From: the human T2T-CHM13v2.0 reference genome, Homo sapiens
NCBI RefSeq assembly: GCF_009914755.1
Contig: NC_060932.1
Direction: 5' to 3' (one strand)
Length of the DNA stretch: 64,000 nt
Part shown: piece after piece, positions 1 through 11,545 of the stretch
Numbering within the stretch: the stretch's first letter is position 1
Layout of the letters: each line of letters starts with the position of its first letter
The notes under the pieces: generated by a model
Databases searched by the model: none
What the model saw: the letters and a program-made list of their open reading frames with translations, nothing else
Told to the model about the DNA's origin: nothing
Translations under genes and position numbers: made by a program

Positions 1-410
1 TCTAAGTCTCTTTGTAGGTCTCTAAGGACTTGCTTTATGAATCTGGGTGCTCCTGTATTGGGTGCATATATATTTAGGATAGTTAGCTCTTCTTGTTGAA
101 TTGATCCCTTTACCATTATGTAATGGCCTTCTTTGTCTCTTTTGATCTTTGTTGATTTAAAGTCTGTTTTGTCAGAGACTAGGATTGCAACCCCTGCCTT
201 TTTTTGTTTTCCATTTGCTTGGTAGATCTTCCTCCATCCCTTTATTTTGAGCCTACGTGTGTCTCTGCATGTGAGATGGGTTTCCTGAATACAGCGCACT
301 GATGGGGCCTGACTCTTTATCCAATTTGCCAGTCTGTGTCATCTGATTGGAGCATTTAGCCCATTTACATTTAAGGATAATATTGTTATGTGTGTATTTG
401 ATCCTGTCAT
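1..410 (-). pseudogene. L1 ORF2p N-terminal endonuclease region, premature stop
   Basis: ATG at 410 (MTGSNTHITILSLNVNGLNAPI), TGA at codon 24 (339-341), then HRLANWIKSQ...CIQETHL...NIYAPN. Confidence 0.93.
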
Positions 411-473
411 TATGATGTTAGCTGGTTATTTTGCTCGTTAGTTGATGCAGTTTCTTCCTAGCCTCGATGGTCT

Positions 474-1487
474 TTACAATTTGGCATGTTTTTGCAGTGG
501 CTGGTACCGGTTGTTCCTTTCCATGTTTAGTGCTTCCTTCAGGAGCTCTTTTAGGGCAGGCCTGGTGGTGACAAAATCTCTCAGCATTTGCTTTTCTGTA
601 AAGGATTTTATTTCTCCTTCACTTATGAAGCTTAGTTTGACTGGATATGAAATTCTGGATTGAAAATTCTTTTCTTTAAGAATGTTAAATATTGGCCCCC
701 ACTCTCTTCTGGCTTGTAGAGTTTCTGCCAAGAGATCAGCTGTTAGTCTGATGGGCTTCCCTTTGAGGGTAACCCGACCTTTCTCTCTGTTTGCCCTTAA
801 CATTTTTTCCTTCATTTCAACTTTCGTGAATCTGACAATTATGTGTCTTGGAATTGCTCTTCTCAAGGAGTATCCTTGTGGCATTCTCTGTGTTTCCTGA
901 GTTTGAATGTTGGCCTGCCTTGCTAGATTGGGGAAGTTCTCCTGGATAATATCCTGCAGAGTGTTTTCCAACTTGTTTCCATTCTCCCTGTCACTTTCAG
1001 GTACACCAATCTGATGTAGATTTGGTCTTTTTACATAGTCCCATATTTCTTAGAGGCTTTGTTCATTTCTTTTTATTCTTTTTTCTCTAAATTTCTCTTC
1101 TCACTTCATTTCATTTATTTGATCTTCCATCACTGATACACTTTTTTCCAGTTGATCAAATCAGCTACTGAGGCTTGTGCATTTGTCACGTACTTCTCAT
1201 GCCATGGTTTCAAGCTCCATCAGGTCCTTTAAGGACTTCTCTGCATTGGTTATTCTAGTTAGCCATTCATCTAATTTTTTTTCAAAGTTTTTAACTTCTT
1301 TGCCATGGGTTCGAACTTCCTCCTTTAGCTCAGAGAAGTTTGATCATCTGAAGCCTTCTCTCAACTTGTCAAAGTCATTCTCCGTCCAGCTTTGTTCCAT
1401 TGCTGGTGAGGAGCTGCGTTGCTTTGCAGGAGGAAAGGTGCTCTGATTTTTAGAGTTTCCAGCTTTTCTGCTCTGTTTCTTCCCCAT
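474..1487 (-). pseudogene. L1 ORF1p, disabled by an in-frame nonsense codon
   Basis: ATG at 1487 (MGKKQSRK...), ends ...LQKHAKL* at 474; CAA>TAA at 1050-1052 in the QSLQEIWDYVKRP motif; track ORF 474..971 is the C-terminal half. Confidence 0.95.
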
Positions 1488-2061
1488 CTTTGTGGTTTAT
1501 CTACCTTTGGTCTTTGATGATGGTGACGTACAGATGGAGTTTTGGTGTGGATGTCCTTTCTGTTTGTTAGTTTTCCTTCTAACAGTCAGGACCTTCAGCT
1601 GCAGGTCTGTTGGATTTTGCTGGAAGTCCACTCCAGACCCTGTTTGCCTGGGTATCAGCAGCGGAGGCTGCAGAACAGCAGATATTGGTGAACAGCAAAT
1701 GTTGCTGCCTGATTGTTCCTCTGTAAGTTTTGTCTCAGAGGAGTACCTGGCTGTGTGAGGTGTCAGTCTGCCCCTACTGGGGGGTGCCTCCCAGTTAGGC
1801 TACTCAGGGATCAGGGACCCACTTGAGGAGGCAGTCTGTCCATTCTCAGATCTCCAGCTGCGTGCTGGGAGAACCACTACTCTCTTCAAAGCTGTCAGAC
1901 AGGGACATTTAAGTCTGCAGAGATTTCTACTGCGTTTTGTTTGGTTATGCCCTGCCCCCAGAGGTGGAGTCTACAGAGGCAGGCAGACCTCCTTGAGCTG
2001 CGGTGGGCTCTACCGAGTTCCAGCTTCCAGGCCACTTTGTTTACCTACTCAAGCCTCGGCA

Positions 2062-2280
2062 ATGTCCGACACCCCTCCCCCAGCCTCGCTGCCGCCTTGC
2101 AGTTGGATCTCAGACTGCGTGCTAGAAATGAGTGAGGCTCTGTGGGCGTAGGACCCTCCGAGCCAGGCATAGGTTATCATCTCCTGGTATGCTGTTTGCT
2201 AAGACCATTGGAAAAGTGCAGTATTAGGGTGGGAGTGACCCGATTTTGCAGGTGCCATCTGTCACCCCTTTCTTTGACTA
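2062..2280 (+). pseudogene. L1 antisense ORF0 relic (frameshifted)
   Basis: ATG 2062 gives MSDTPPPASLPPCSWISDC; after a 1-nt deletion near 2119 the ORF0-like VGVGPSEPG...SIRVGVTRF continues in another frame (track ORF 2142..2432). Confidence 0.8.
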
Positions 2281-2511
2281 GGAAAGGGAATTCCGTGACC
2301 CTTTGTGTTTCCTGGGTGAGGCAATGCCTTGCCCTGGTTCGGCTCACGCTCGGTGCACTGTACCCACTGTCCTGCACCCACTTTCCAACACTCCCCAGTG
2401 AGATGAACCCAGTACCTCAGTTGGAAATGTAGAAATCACCCGTCTTCTGTGTCGCTCACACTGGGAGCTGTAGACTGGAGCTGTTGCTATTCAGCATCTT
2501 GGCTCCACCCC

Positions 2512-2641
2512 AGGATTTTGGATTTTTGGATTTGGGATGTTAAACTGGTAAGTATATAATGCAGTATTCCAAAATAAAATATAATTTAAAATCCAAAATG
2601 CTTCTGGTTCCAAGCATTTCAGATAAGGGATACTCAACCTG
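2512..2641. mobile_element. Tigger4a/MER46-like DNA transposon end, interrupted by the L1PA
   Basis: Ends AAGCATTTCAGATAAGGGATACTCAACCTG followed by TA; repeated GGATTTT motifs. Confidence 0.8.
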
Positions 2642-2779
2642 TATTGGAAAACCATGTTAAATGGGCATCTTCATACAGTTGCTAAATAAATACTATGTGA
2701 GGGACCTATTCTAAGTTGTAAAGATCTTGTAAAAGTGAAAAAGGAAGTTGCTTAAGCTATTTAAATTGGATCATGCTAC

Positions 2780-4340
2780 AGATGGGGACAAAACATTTGC
2801 TGACAAACAAACAAAAACACTCCAAAACGTAACTGATAAAGGGCTAGTATCCAACATATATGATGACTCTGAAAACTCAACAATGGGAAAAAGATGTGAA
2901 CAGGTTTCTCACCAGAGAAGATGCACAGATCGCTAATAAACATAGGAAAATATGCTCCATATCATATGTCATCCACATCATAACTCATCAGGATAATGCA
3001 AATTAAAACAAAGAGATATCATTGTATGCTTATTAGAATGGCTAAATTCAAAACACTGACAGCATCCAATGCTGGAGAAAATATGGGACAGCAGGAACTC
3101 TCATCCATTGCTGGTGGGAATGCAAAATGGTAGAGGCATTTTGGAAGACAGTTTGGCAGTTTCTTATAAATCTAAACATGCTCTTATCTTATGACTCAGC
3201 AATTACATGCCTTGGTATTTACCCCAATTACATGAAAACTTATAGTCACACAATAACCTACACCCAAATGTCTACAACAGCTTTGCTCATAATTGCCAAA
3301 ACTTAGAAGCAACAAAGATGTCCTTTACAGAGATACTCTCTAAAAGAAAATGATATTTATTCAGGAGTAATATTACAATGGGATTATGCACGCCATAGTT
3401 AACTATGTGTGTAGTCAAAAATATTGAGGCACGGGAAAGTTTTTAAAGACAAAATGAGGTGGATTACATAAGTTATTTTGAATCAATTATCCTTGGAAAC
3501 AAGAATAAATAACAAGAATGCTGTGAGTCCAAGGTTGGACAGGCAGTTGCTGAACAGGTGTCCTCGCAGAAGTATTTTCTGTGTAAAGCTGTGGTGGCCT
3601 TTGTGTAAAGTTGTGGATTTTGCCATCTTTTGTGGTAGTTCTTATTATCAGGGATATGTGCATGAGAACCCTCCCCCAGTGGCTTTCCCTCTCTCCATTT
3701 GTCAATGCTTGACACAAGTGCCTCCATTTAGACTCTGAAAACTTTCACACCTTCAGTAGGTGAATGAATCAACTGTGATACATCCAGACAATGAAATATT
3801 ATTGACCAATACAAAGATATGAGTTATCAAGCCATAAAAAGACATGGTGAAACCTTAAGAGCATATTGCTAAATTAAATAAGCTAATCTGAAAAGGCTAC
3901 AAACTGAATAATTCCAAATATATGACATTCTGGAAAAGACAAATTAGGGGCACAATAAAACGATTAGTGGTTTTAAGGGATTTTGGGGTACAGAGGGAGG
4001 GAGAGAGGGAAGGACGAATAGCTGAAGCACAACAGATTTTTAGCACAATGAAATGATTCTGTATGATATTGTAATGATGGGCACTTACCTTTGTCAGAAC
4101 CCATAGAATGCCCACCAAGAATGAACCCTAATATAAACTATGGACTTTAATTAACAATAATGTATCAATATAGACTCAACAATTGTAATAAATGTACCAC
4201 AATGTTGCTAAATCTTAATAAGAGTGTAATCTGAGGATCCAGGGGAGGTGAAGGGAGAGGATATATAGGAACTCTGTACTTTCTGGTCATATTTCTGTAA
4301 ATGTAAAACTTATTTAAAAAGAGTATTGAAAAAGAAAGAA
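2780..4340 (+). mobile_element. Old L1M (L1MC/L1MD-like) 3' region, split by an LTR
   Basis: L1 ORF2 C-terminal and 3'UTR motifs (TTGCTGGTGGGAATGCAAAATGG, GAACCCTAATATAAACTATGGACTTT), A-rich end near 4315-4340. Confidence 0.85.
3326..3749 (-). mobile_element. ERV1 solo LTR, MER65-like
   Basis: Minus strand starts TGTGAAAGTTTTCAGAGTCTAAATGGAGGCAC; 4-bp TSD CCTT (3322-3325 / 3750-3753); removing it restores the L1 motif AGATGTCCTTCAGTAGG; homologous to 48505-48956. Confidence 0.8.
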
Positions 4341-6130
4341 CATAAATCTTTATTAAATAGGCTCTGCAGGGTCCCTAAATAGAAACTTTTTAATAATGAT
4401 TACGACCTAAAAATATGTTTATAAGTAATAAAATTACATTAATAAAATCATTTTATTACATAGTCTACTTCTCTCACACTAATTTCAACTGACCTTTCTA
4501 CCAATAATTCAAAACCAAGATTGATTTCATTTTAAGGCACAAACAATGGATTGAATTAATAAGATGCATATTAGAAATGGGTTGTTTTATCAATTCTTAT
4601 GTAATGCATATTTTGTCAGGAAATATTCATTACAAGAGAGAGCTAAAACATGAGGCACCAGTCTTTTGAAATTCCCTTAAGTTAAACAAAAATTGCCAGG
4701 AAAAGCAGAAAGAACTATATTCCAGAAAAGTTAACAGAACAAGGTACATTTAAACCACTTTAACTGCTCACTAGTAAGAGCAGTGGGATCTTTGAAGAAT
4801 AAGTAGTTAATAAGTCACAGTATCCTACCCGTGAGAATGAAATGTAACTTTCTATTTTGCTAATGGTTCAAAATAGCAAATTGGCTATTCTCTCTCTCGG
4901 CTGCAAGCTTGAAAATCTTGAACATTTGTGTTTTTACTACTTAGAAAAAGAAAGATGCAATATAAAGAGAATGTCATCCTGCAGTGTTTCTTCTTCCCAA
5001 AGCCAATAATTATTTTCAAATACATTTTTATTTCAATACTTTTTGGGGTACATGTGGTTTGGGAGTACATGGATAAGTTATTTAGTGGTGATTTCTGAGA
5101 TTTTTGTGCACCTGTCACCCAAACCATGTACACTGTATCCAATAGGTAGTCTTTTATCCCTTACCCAGCTCCCAACCTTCACCCTGAGTCCCCAAAGTCC
5201 ATTATATCATTCTTATGCCTTTGCATCCTCATAGCTTAACTTCCATGTAGAAGTAATAGCACACAATATTTGGTTTACCATTCCTGAATTACTTCACTTA
5301 GAGTAATGTCCTCCAGCTCCATCCACATTGCTACAAGAGACATTATTTCATTCCTTTTTATAGCTGAGTGGTATTCCATGGTGTATATGTATCACATTTT
5401 CTTTAATCATTCATTGGTTAGATGGGCACTTAGGTTGGTTCCATATTTTTGCAATTGTGAATTGTGCTGCTATAAACATGCATGTCCATGTGTCCTTTAC
5501 ATGTAATGGCTTCTTTTCCTTTAGGTAGATACCTAGCAGTGAGATTGCTGGATTGAATGGTATTTCTACTTTTAGTTCTTTAAGGAATCTCCAAACTGTT
5601 TTCCACAGTGTTTGTACTAGTTTACATTCCCACATGCAGTGTAAAAATGTTCCCTTTTCTCCACATCCATGCCAACATCTGTTGTTTTTTGACTTTTTAA
5701 TTATGGTCATTCTTACAGGAATAAGGTGGTATCTTATGATGGTTTCAATTTGCATTTAATTTGCATTTTGCATTTTCTTGTTTGTTTGAAATTCAAGTAA
5801 CTTTAATAATTGGTGATGTTTAGCATTTTTTCGTGTTTGTTGGCTGTTTGTATATCTTTTTTTGAGAATTGTCTATTCATGTCCTTTGTCTGTATTTTGA
5901 AGGGATTATTTGTTTGAGTTTCTTGTAGATTCTGGATATTAGTCTTTTGTGGGATGCGTGGTTTGCAAAAATTCTTTCCCACTCTGTGGGTAGTCTGTTT
6001 ACTCTATTGATTATTTATTTTGCTGTGAAATAGCTTTTTAGTTTAATTAGTTTAATTAGCTCCCATTTATTAGTTTTATTAATTTTGTTACATTTATTAT
6101 TAATTTTGTTATATTTATTTTTGTTACATT

Positions 6131-6260
6131 TATTGAAATAAAGATAAAAATGTATTTAAAAATAATTATTGGCTTTGGAAAGAAGAAACACTGCAGGATG
6201 ACATTCTTTTTATATTGCATCTTTTTTTTCTAAGTCAGTGAAAGACACAAATATCCAAGA
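6131..6260 (-). repeat. Inverted local copy of 4916-5038
   Basis: AATAATTATTGGCTTTGG.AAGAAGAAACACTGCAGGATGACATTCT.TTTATATTGCATCTTT is the reverse complement of 4950-5013. Confidence 0.95.
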
Positions 6261-6356
6261 GTGGTAAGGCTATTCAATGAGGAAAGGTCAGTCCTCAAAA
6301 AATGGTGCTGGGTAACTGGATATCTACATGGTAATGAATGAATCTGGACCCTTACT
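6257..6356 (-). repeat. Inverted local copy of 7540-7639
   Basis: 100-bp reverse complement with 4 mismatches by eye. Confidence 0.95.
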
Positions 6357-6729
6357 GTACATTTGTTACTTATAATTTTGTTACATTCGTTACATTTTGC
6401 CTTACTGGACATTTGTTACTTATGATTTTGTTACATTTCTGGAAAAGTTTTTCCGATGTTATCTTCTAGAATGTTTATGATTTAAGGTCTTAAAGTCTTT
6501 GATCCATCTTGATTGATTTCTGTATAAGCTGAGAGATGAGGATCCAGTTTCATTCTTCTACATGTGCAAAGCTCACTATTAAATTATTATTTAATAATTA
6601 TTAATTATTAAAATATGTAGAATATAATGGGTATTTTCAACTTCCCTATGAAAATAAATTCAGATGAAGTTGGTTCAAAAAACTAAATGTATGTACCTTT
6701 TATATCTTGAGAAATATCACTGGCACATT

Positions 6730-8018
6730 ATTCATACTGTCAGTGGGCATTTCAGTTTCCACCTTTTGGCTATTGTGAATAACGCTGCCATGAACATGAG
6801 TATACAAATATCTGTTTGAGCCACTACTTTCAATTCTTTTGGGTATAAACTCAGAAGTGGAATTGCTGGGTCATATGGTAATTCTATGTTTATTTCTTTT
6901 TTGAGGAACTGCAATACTGATTTACACAGTGTCCTGCATCATTTTACGTTGCCGCCGACAGGGAATAAAGATGCTAATTTGTTCACATCCTTGCCAACAC
7001 TTGCTATTTTCTGTTTTTGTTTTGTTTTGTTTTTGTTTTTTGATAGTAGCCAACCTAATGGTGATATCTCATTATGGTTTTGATTTGCATTTTCCTAATG
7101 ATTAGTGATGGTAAAAAATCTTTTCATGTGCTTATTGGCCATTCGTATGTCTTTTGTGGAGAAATGTTGTTTTAAGTCCTTTGCCAATTTTTGAAACAGA
7201 TTTTTTGTTGTTGCTGTTGAGTTTAGGAGTTCTCTACATATTTTGGGTATTAACCTCTCATCAGATATATGATTTGTAAATACTTTGTCCCATTCCGTGG
7301 ATTGCCTTTATACTCTGTTAATATAGTTCTTTGATACACAAAAGCTTTAAGTTTCCATGAAGTGCAATTTGTTTGTTTTTTCTTTTGTCACGTGTGTCTT
7401 TAGTGTCATATTCAAGAAGTAATTTCCAAATCTGATGTTGTGAAGATTTTGCTCTATGTTTTCTTCTAAGAATTTCATAGGTTAGCTGTAACATTTAGGT
7501 CTTTGATCTGCTTTTAGCTAATTTTTGTATATGGCATTAAGTAAGGGTCCAGATTCATTCATTACCATGTGGATATCCAGTTCCCCAGCACCATTTTTTG
7601 AGGACTGGCCTTTCCCCATTGAATAGCCTTACCACTCTTTTCAACAATGTTTGACCACATATATGAAAAATTCCATTGATCTTTACATCTGCTTTTATGC
7701 CAAATGCACTGTTTTGATTACCATAGCTTTGTAGTAAGTTTTGAAATCAGGAAATGTACATCCTCTAGCTTTGTTCTTTTTTTATCGCGATTGTTTCGGC
7801 TACTTCATGCCCCTGAGATTCCATATGAATTTTAATTTCTATTTCTATTAAAAAGTCATTGAGATTTTGATAGGAATTGCATTGAATCTATAGATCATTT
7901 GCGGGGGGGATTGTTGACATTTTAATATTGTCTTCCAATTCATGAACATGGGATCTCTTTCCATTTACTTATATCTTTTAAAATTATTTTTAGCAATGTT
8001 TTAGAGTTTTCATTGCAG
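6730..8018 (-). mobile_element. L1MA/L1MB-type ORF2 3' fragment
   Basis: ORF 6732..6914 ELPYDPAIPLL...ALFTIAKRW; continuous L1 minus-strand motifs. Confidence 0.9.
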
Positions 8019-8857
8019 AGGAATCTTTTAAAAATGTAACTATTTTAAAGCCATTCATGGGGCTTTTTCTTACTGGTTTGATCCAACTTTGCATTGCATA
8101 CTGATCCATATATTATGCCAACTTATTCCATTTATAGACTGAAAAATGTATATCAATTTTGTACCTGTGGGTTAAAACTTCATTAGAACAGTTAAATGAC
8201 ATTTAATGTAGTACAGCTGGAAAACAATGCCAGTGCACAAATCTATTACTATAATAATGTGGTTTTGAATTACATTTCACACAGCTCAGTATTATCTTCT
8301 ACCAAATTTACAAGTCCAATGAAAGGTAATATAGTTCAATATACATTAACAATTATGGTTCTTGTTTTCTTACTTAACGGACCTGCTATTTCAGGTATTG
8401 TTTTCATTTACCTTTTAATCAGCTTAAATGTTGTAAAATACCTATAATGAGAGGGGTCGTATTACAAGGAAAGCATGAGAAACTGTGGGTAGCAAAATTT
8501 GTTTGGTTAGTTTTTTTTCTAGTTGTAAAGAGATGATGTTGATATTATCTCATAGAGATTTCCTGTTTTCTCAGTCTTCTGGGAAGACAGAACCATATGC
8601 CACTAAACCAATCCTCATTGCACCAGATGTCTTATGTAAAGGAACACCTTAACATCTCAGAGATTATACATTTTTAGGAATCAAATATGTTAAAAGGATT
8701 AAAAAAGATATTTTACCTCTCTACATTCTCCAGAGTAATTAGCCCAGAACTTTGCATAAATGTGTTTACTTTGTATTCATTTCTTTATTTAGTAATTCAT
8801 TCTCAAATATTTGTTTAGTACCTTATATGGGCTAATTGCACTGCTGTGCATTGGTGG

Positions 8858-9349
8858 TTGTGGGATTCAGCCTTCAAGATACCACCCAATGATCCCTGTC
8901 TCCTGCTACACACCCTTGGGCTACGTTGCACCAGGGTTGGTCTGTGGGATCCATAGAATATTGCAGAATTGATGGTATGTTACTTCCAAGATAGGTAGTA
9001 AAAGATCGACTTCCATCTTTTGCATTACCTTTTTTGGGTCACCCTCTCTGGGGAATCCATGTCATCAGCAGCTTTGTGAAGTGTCCCAGGAGGTGAGGAT
9101 CTAAAGCCTTCTGCCAACAGCCATGGAAGTGAGCTGAGAAGTATATCTTCTCAGCCCAGTCAAGTTTCAAGTTACTGCAGACCCTGCTGACACTCTAATT
9201 GCAGCCTCATCAGTGGCCTTGAGCCAGCACCACCAAGAATAGCTGCTCTAGAATTCCAAACTCTCAGAAACTGTGAGAAAATAAGTGTTTACTCTTTTAC
9301 CCTGAAAAATTTGAAAGACTTTTCTATACAGCAATCATTAATTAATACA
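8858..9349 (+). mobile_element. MaLR solo LTR, MLT1E/F-like
   Basis: CAGCCTTCAAGAT..CCCAATGATCCC start, GCCAACAGCCATG..GTGAGC core, ends ACAGCAAT...TAATACA. Confidence 0.8.
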
Positions 9350-9373
9350 GAGATACATGCATGAACAAGTCTT

Positions 9374-9936
9374 TTCTTAATTTCAATTTTTATCATGGAT
9401 TAAAGGGTACATGTGCAGGTTTGTTACATGGATAAATTGTGTGATGCTGAGGTGTGGGGTACCAATGATCCCATCACCCATTCCGGAAGAATCGTACCCA
9501 ACAGGAGTTTCTTCAGCTTACATTCCGCTCCTTTTCTCCTCCAGTGATCCCCAGTGTTTATCATTCCCATCTTTGCAATCATGTGTATTCAATGTTTAGT
9601 TTCCACTTATAAGTGAGAACATGTGGCAGTTGGTTTTCTGTTCCTGTATTAGTCGCTTAGGATAATAGCCTCCAGCTCCATCAGTGGTACTGCAAAGGGC
9701 ATGATTTTGTTCTTTTTTATGGCTGCATGATATTCCATTGTGTATATGTACCATATTTTCTTTATCTAGTCCACTGTTGATGGACACTTAGGTTGATTTC
9801 ACGTCCTTACTATTGTTAATAGCACTGCAGTGAACATACAGGTGCCTGTGTCTTTATGAGAGAATGAATTATTTTCCTTTGAGTATATACCCAGTCATGG
9901 GATTGCTGGGTCAAATAGTAGTACTATTTTAAGTGG
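9374..9936 (-). mobile_element. L1P (L1PA16/L1PB4-like) 3' end, 5'-truncated
   Basis: GGGTACATGTGCAGGTTTGTTACATGG 3'UTR; degenerate TSD ATGAACAAGTCTT (9361) / ATGAACGATTCTT (9938). Confidence 0.88.
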
Positions 9937-10579
9937 ATGAACGATTCTTGTCCTGCCTTCAAGGAGCTACTAGCTCAGTGAAACTGGTGAACTGTTGATT
10001 TACCACTAAACCAAGGGTAGATACCACGACAGCACCTAGATGCAGCACCTATCTCAGTCTTGGTGACAAGAACAGCCAAATGAATGAAAGATTCTTAATT
10101 TGTGGCTCCAAGAATGAGGACGAGGAAGTAGCAAGAGAAAAGCATGGACGATTCCAGATAGAAGAGAAAGGGTGAGCCAAGGTTGAGGTTAGGGAGAGGT
10201 GAGTACAGTAGTTTCCAGGCCCTGGTTTCATGTGGGCAACAGGGGTGATGAATAATGAGGATGGGGGGGTGAGCTGGGAACAGATGAGGAAGAAAAGTAT
10301 ATATCACAGGAAGGAGTTAGAGGAGAGCCACTGAAGATTTTTAAGCACAAACATGACTACCATTCAGAGTATAAGCCAGGGTACGTAGGAAACAAGGAGG
10401 CACTGGCTGCAGAAACAGGAAAAGGTCCTGGGAGTCTAAGAGAGGGTAGTGGCAGTAGGAAAGAGAGGGAGTTGAGTTTGAGGCATGTTAAGAGGTTAGA
10501 ATCGACAGATTTGAGGCTGAAATACATAATTTGGCATTTTTGTCTTTTAATTTACCCCACTAAGACCCCTGGACACTTA

Positions 10580-11021
10580 ACCCATACCTGCCCCTCCTCT
10601 AGTACGGCCATCTTGGTGATTGACACCACAGATCACTCAGTCGCTCCAGATGGCAACCTGGACATGACTGGAAATACCTCCCTTTCCCTTGTAACTGTAT
10701 CCAGTTACTAACCTAATTTTACATATCTAATGCCCAAGATCTTTCTAATTAGAGTGTCCCTTCCCTTCTTTCCCCACCTGAGTAGTGTTAAGTAAACCCT
10801 TGCCACCTCTTCCCTCAATTTTTGTAATGGTTCCTAACAGTTTCACTCCTAGCCATACCTTCTTTGCATGAATTCTCTGTATCCCTACCAGGCCCATTCA
10901 AAACACTCATATGAGTGTTCACCCACCCTGCTTAGACACATTCACTGGTTCTTCTGCCACTGTGGACACAGTCCACATGCTTTGGCTTGGATGCAAATCA
11001 TTTTTCTCTAATCTCTAGACT

Positions 11022-11054
<33 letters not shown>

Positions 11055-11545
11055 ATATGTATGTATCTCCCTTCCTCCCTCCTCTTCTACCTCCTCCTCC
11101 TCTCTCTCTCTCTGTCTCTCTCTCTCTCCATATATATATATGTATATATGTATGTATATCCCTTCCTCCCTCCTCTTCCACCCCCTCTTCCTCCCCCCCA
11201 AAGCCCTATTGTATAGCCATATTAAACTACTGGGGTCACTTATGTACATTTAAACCCTTTCTTTTCTCTATATGGATCTTCACTCCCTCCTGTCCCCAGC
11301 TAACTCCTACATGTTAGGAGTTAGAACTCATACATGTTAAGACCCAACTGTGTGTTGCCTCTTCTTGGATACATAAGCTGCCACCTGATGCCTATCTCCC
11401 CTAGCTCTCACCTCACTATATTCAATTTGTGATTTGCATCCAGTCTCTCCCACAAGTTTCCAAACTCCTTGAAGGCAGGGACCACACCTCATGTGCCTGG
11501 CACCGTCAGCGTAGTGTCTTGCATAAAATAGACACTCCACAAATG
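10580..11545 (+). mobile_element. L2 fragment with embedded simple repeats
   Basis: AAACTCCTTGAAGGCAGGGACC...GTGCCTGGCAC...TAGACACTC..AAATGT L2 3' signature. Confidence 0.7.
11021..11200. repeat. Compound (CT)n/(TA)n/(CCT)n low-complexity tract
   Basis: Read directly from the sequence. Confidence 0.95.

Larger units (their letters stand above)
1..2511 (-). mobile_element. L1PA (about L1PA4-L1PA6) 5' portion: complete 5'UTR, ORF1 and start of ORF2; continues beyond the left edge
   Basis: Minus strand begins GGGGTGGAGCCAAGATG...ACAGCTCCAGTCTACAGCTCCCAG; ~1024 bp 5'UTR; recognisable ORF1p and ORF2p endonuclease translations. Confidence 0.97.
5024..6567 (-). mobile_element. L1PB (L1PB1-like) 5'-truncated, containing a templated patch at ~6070-6440
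   Basis: L1PB-type 3'UTR (TTTAGTGGTGATTTCTGAGA...CCCCAAAGTCCATT...CTTATGCCTTTGCATCCTCATAGC); ORF 5411..5755 matches the ORF2p C-terminus ([10 protein letters not shown]...[15 protein letters not shown]). Confidence 0.92.
8770..10540 (-). mobile_element. Fragmented L2 interrupted by an MLT1 LTR and an L1P
   Basis: L2 3' end ATTCATTCTCAAATATTTG..; CCTGCCTTCAAGGAGCT at ~9952; GAGCCACTGAAGATTTTTAAGCA at ~10325. Confidence 0.6.
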
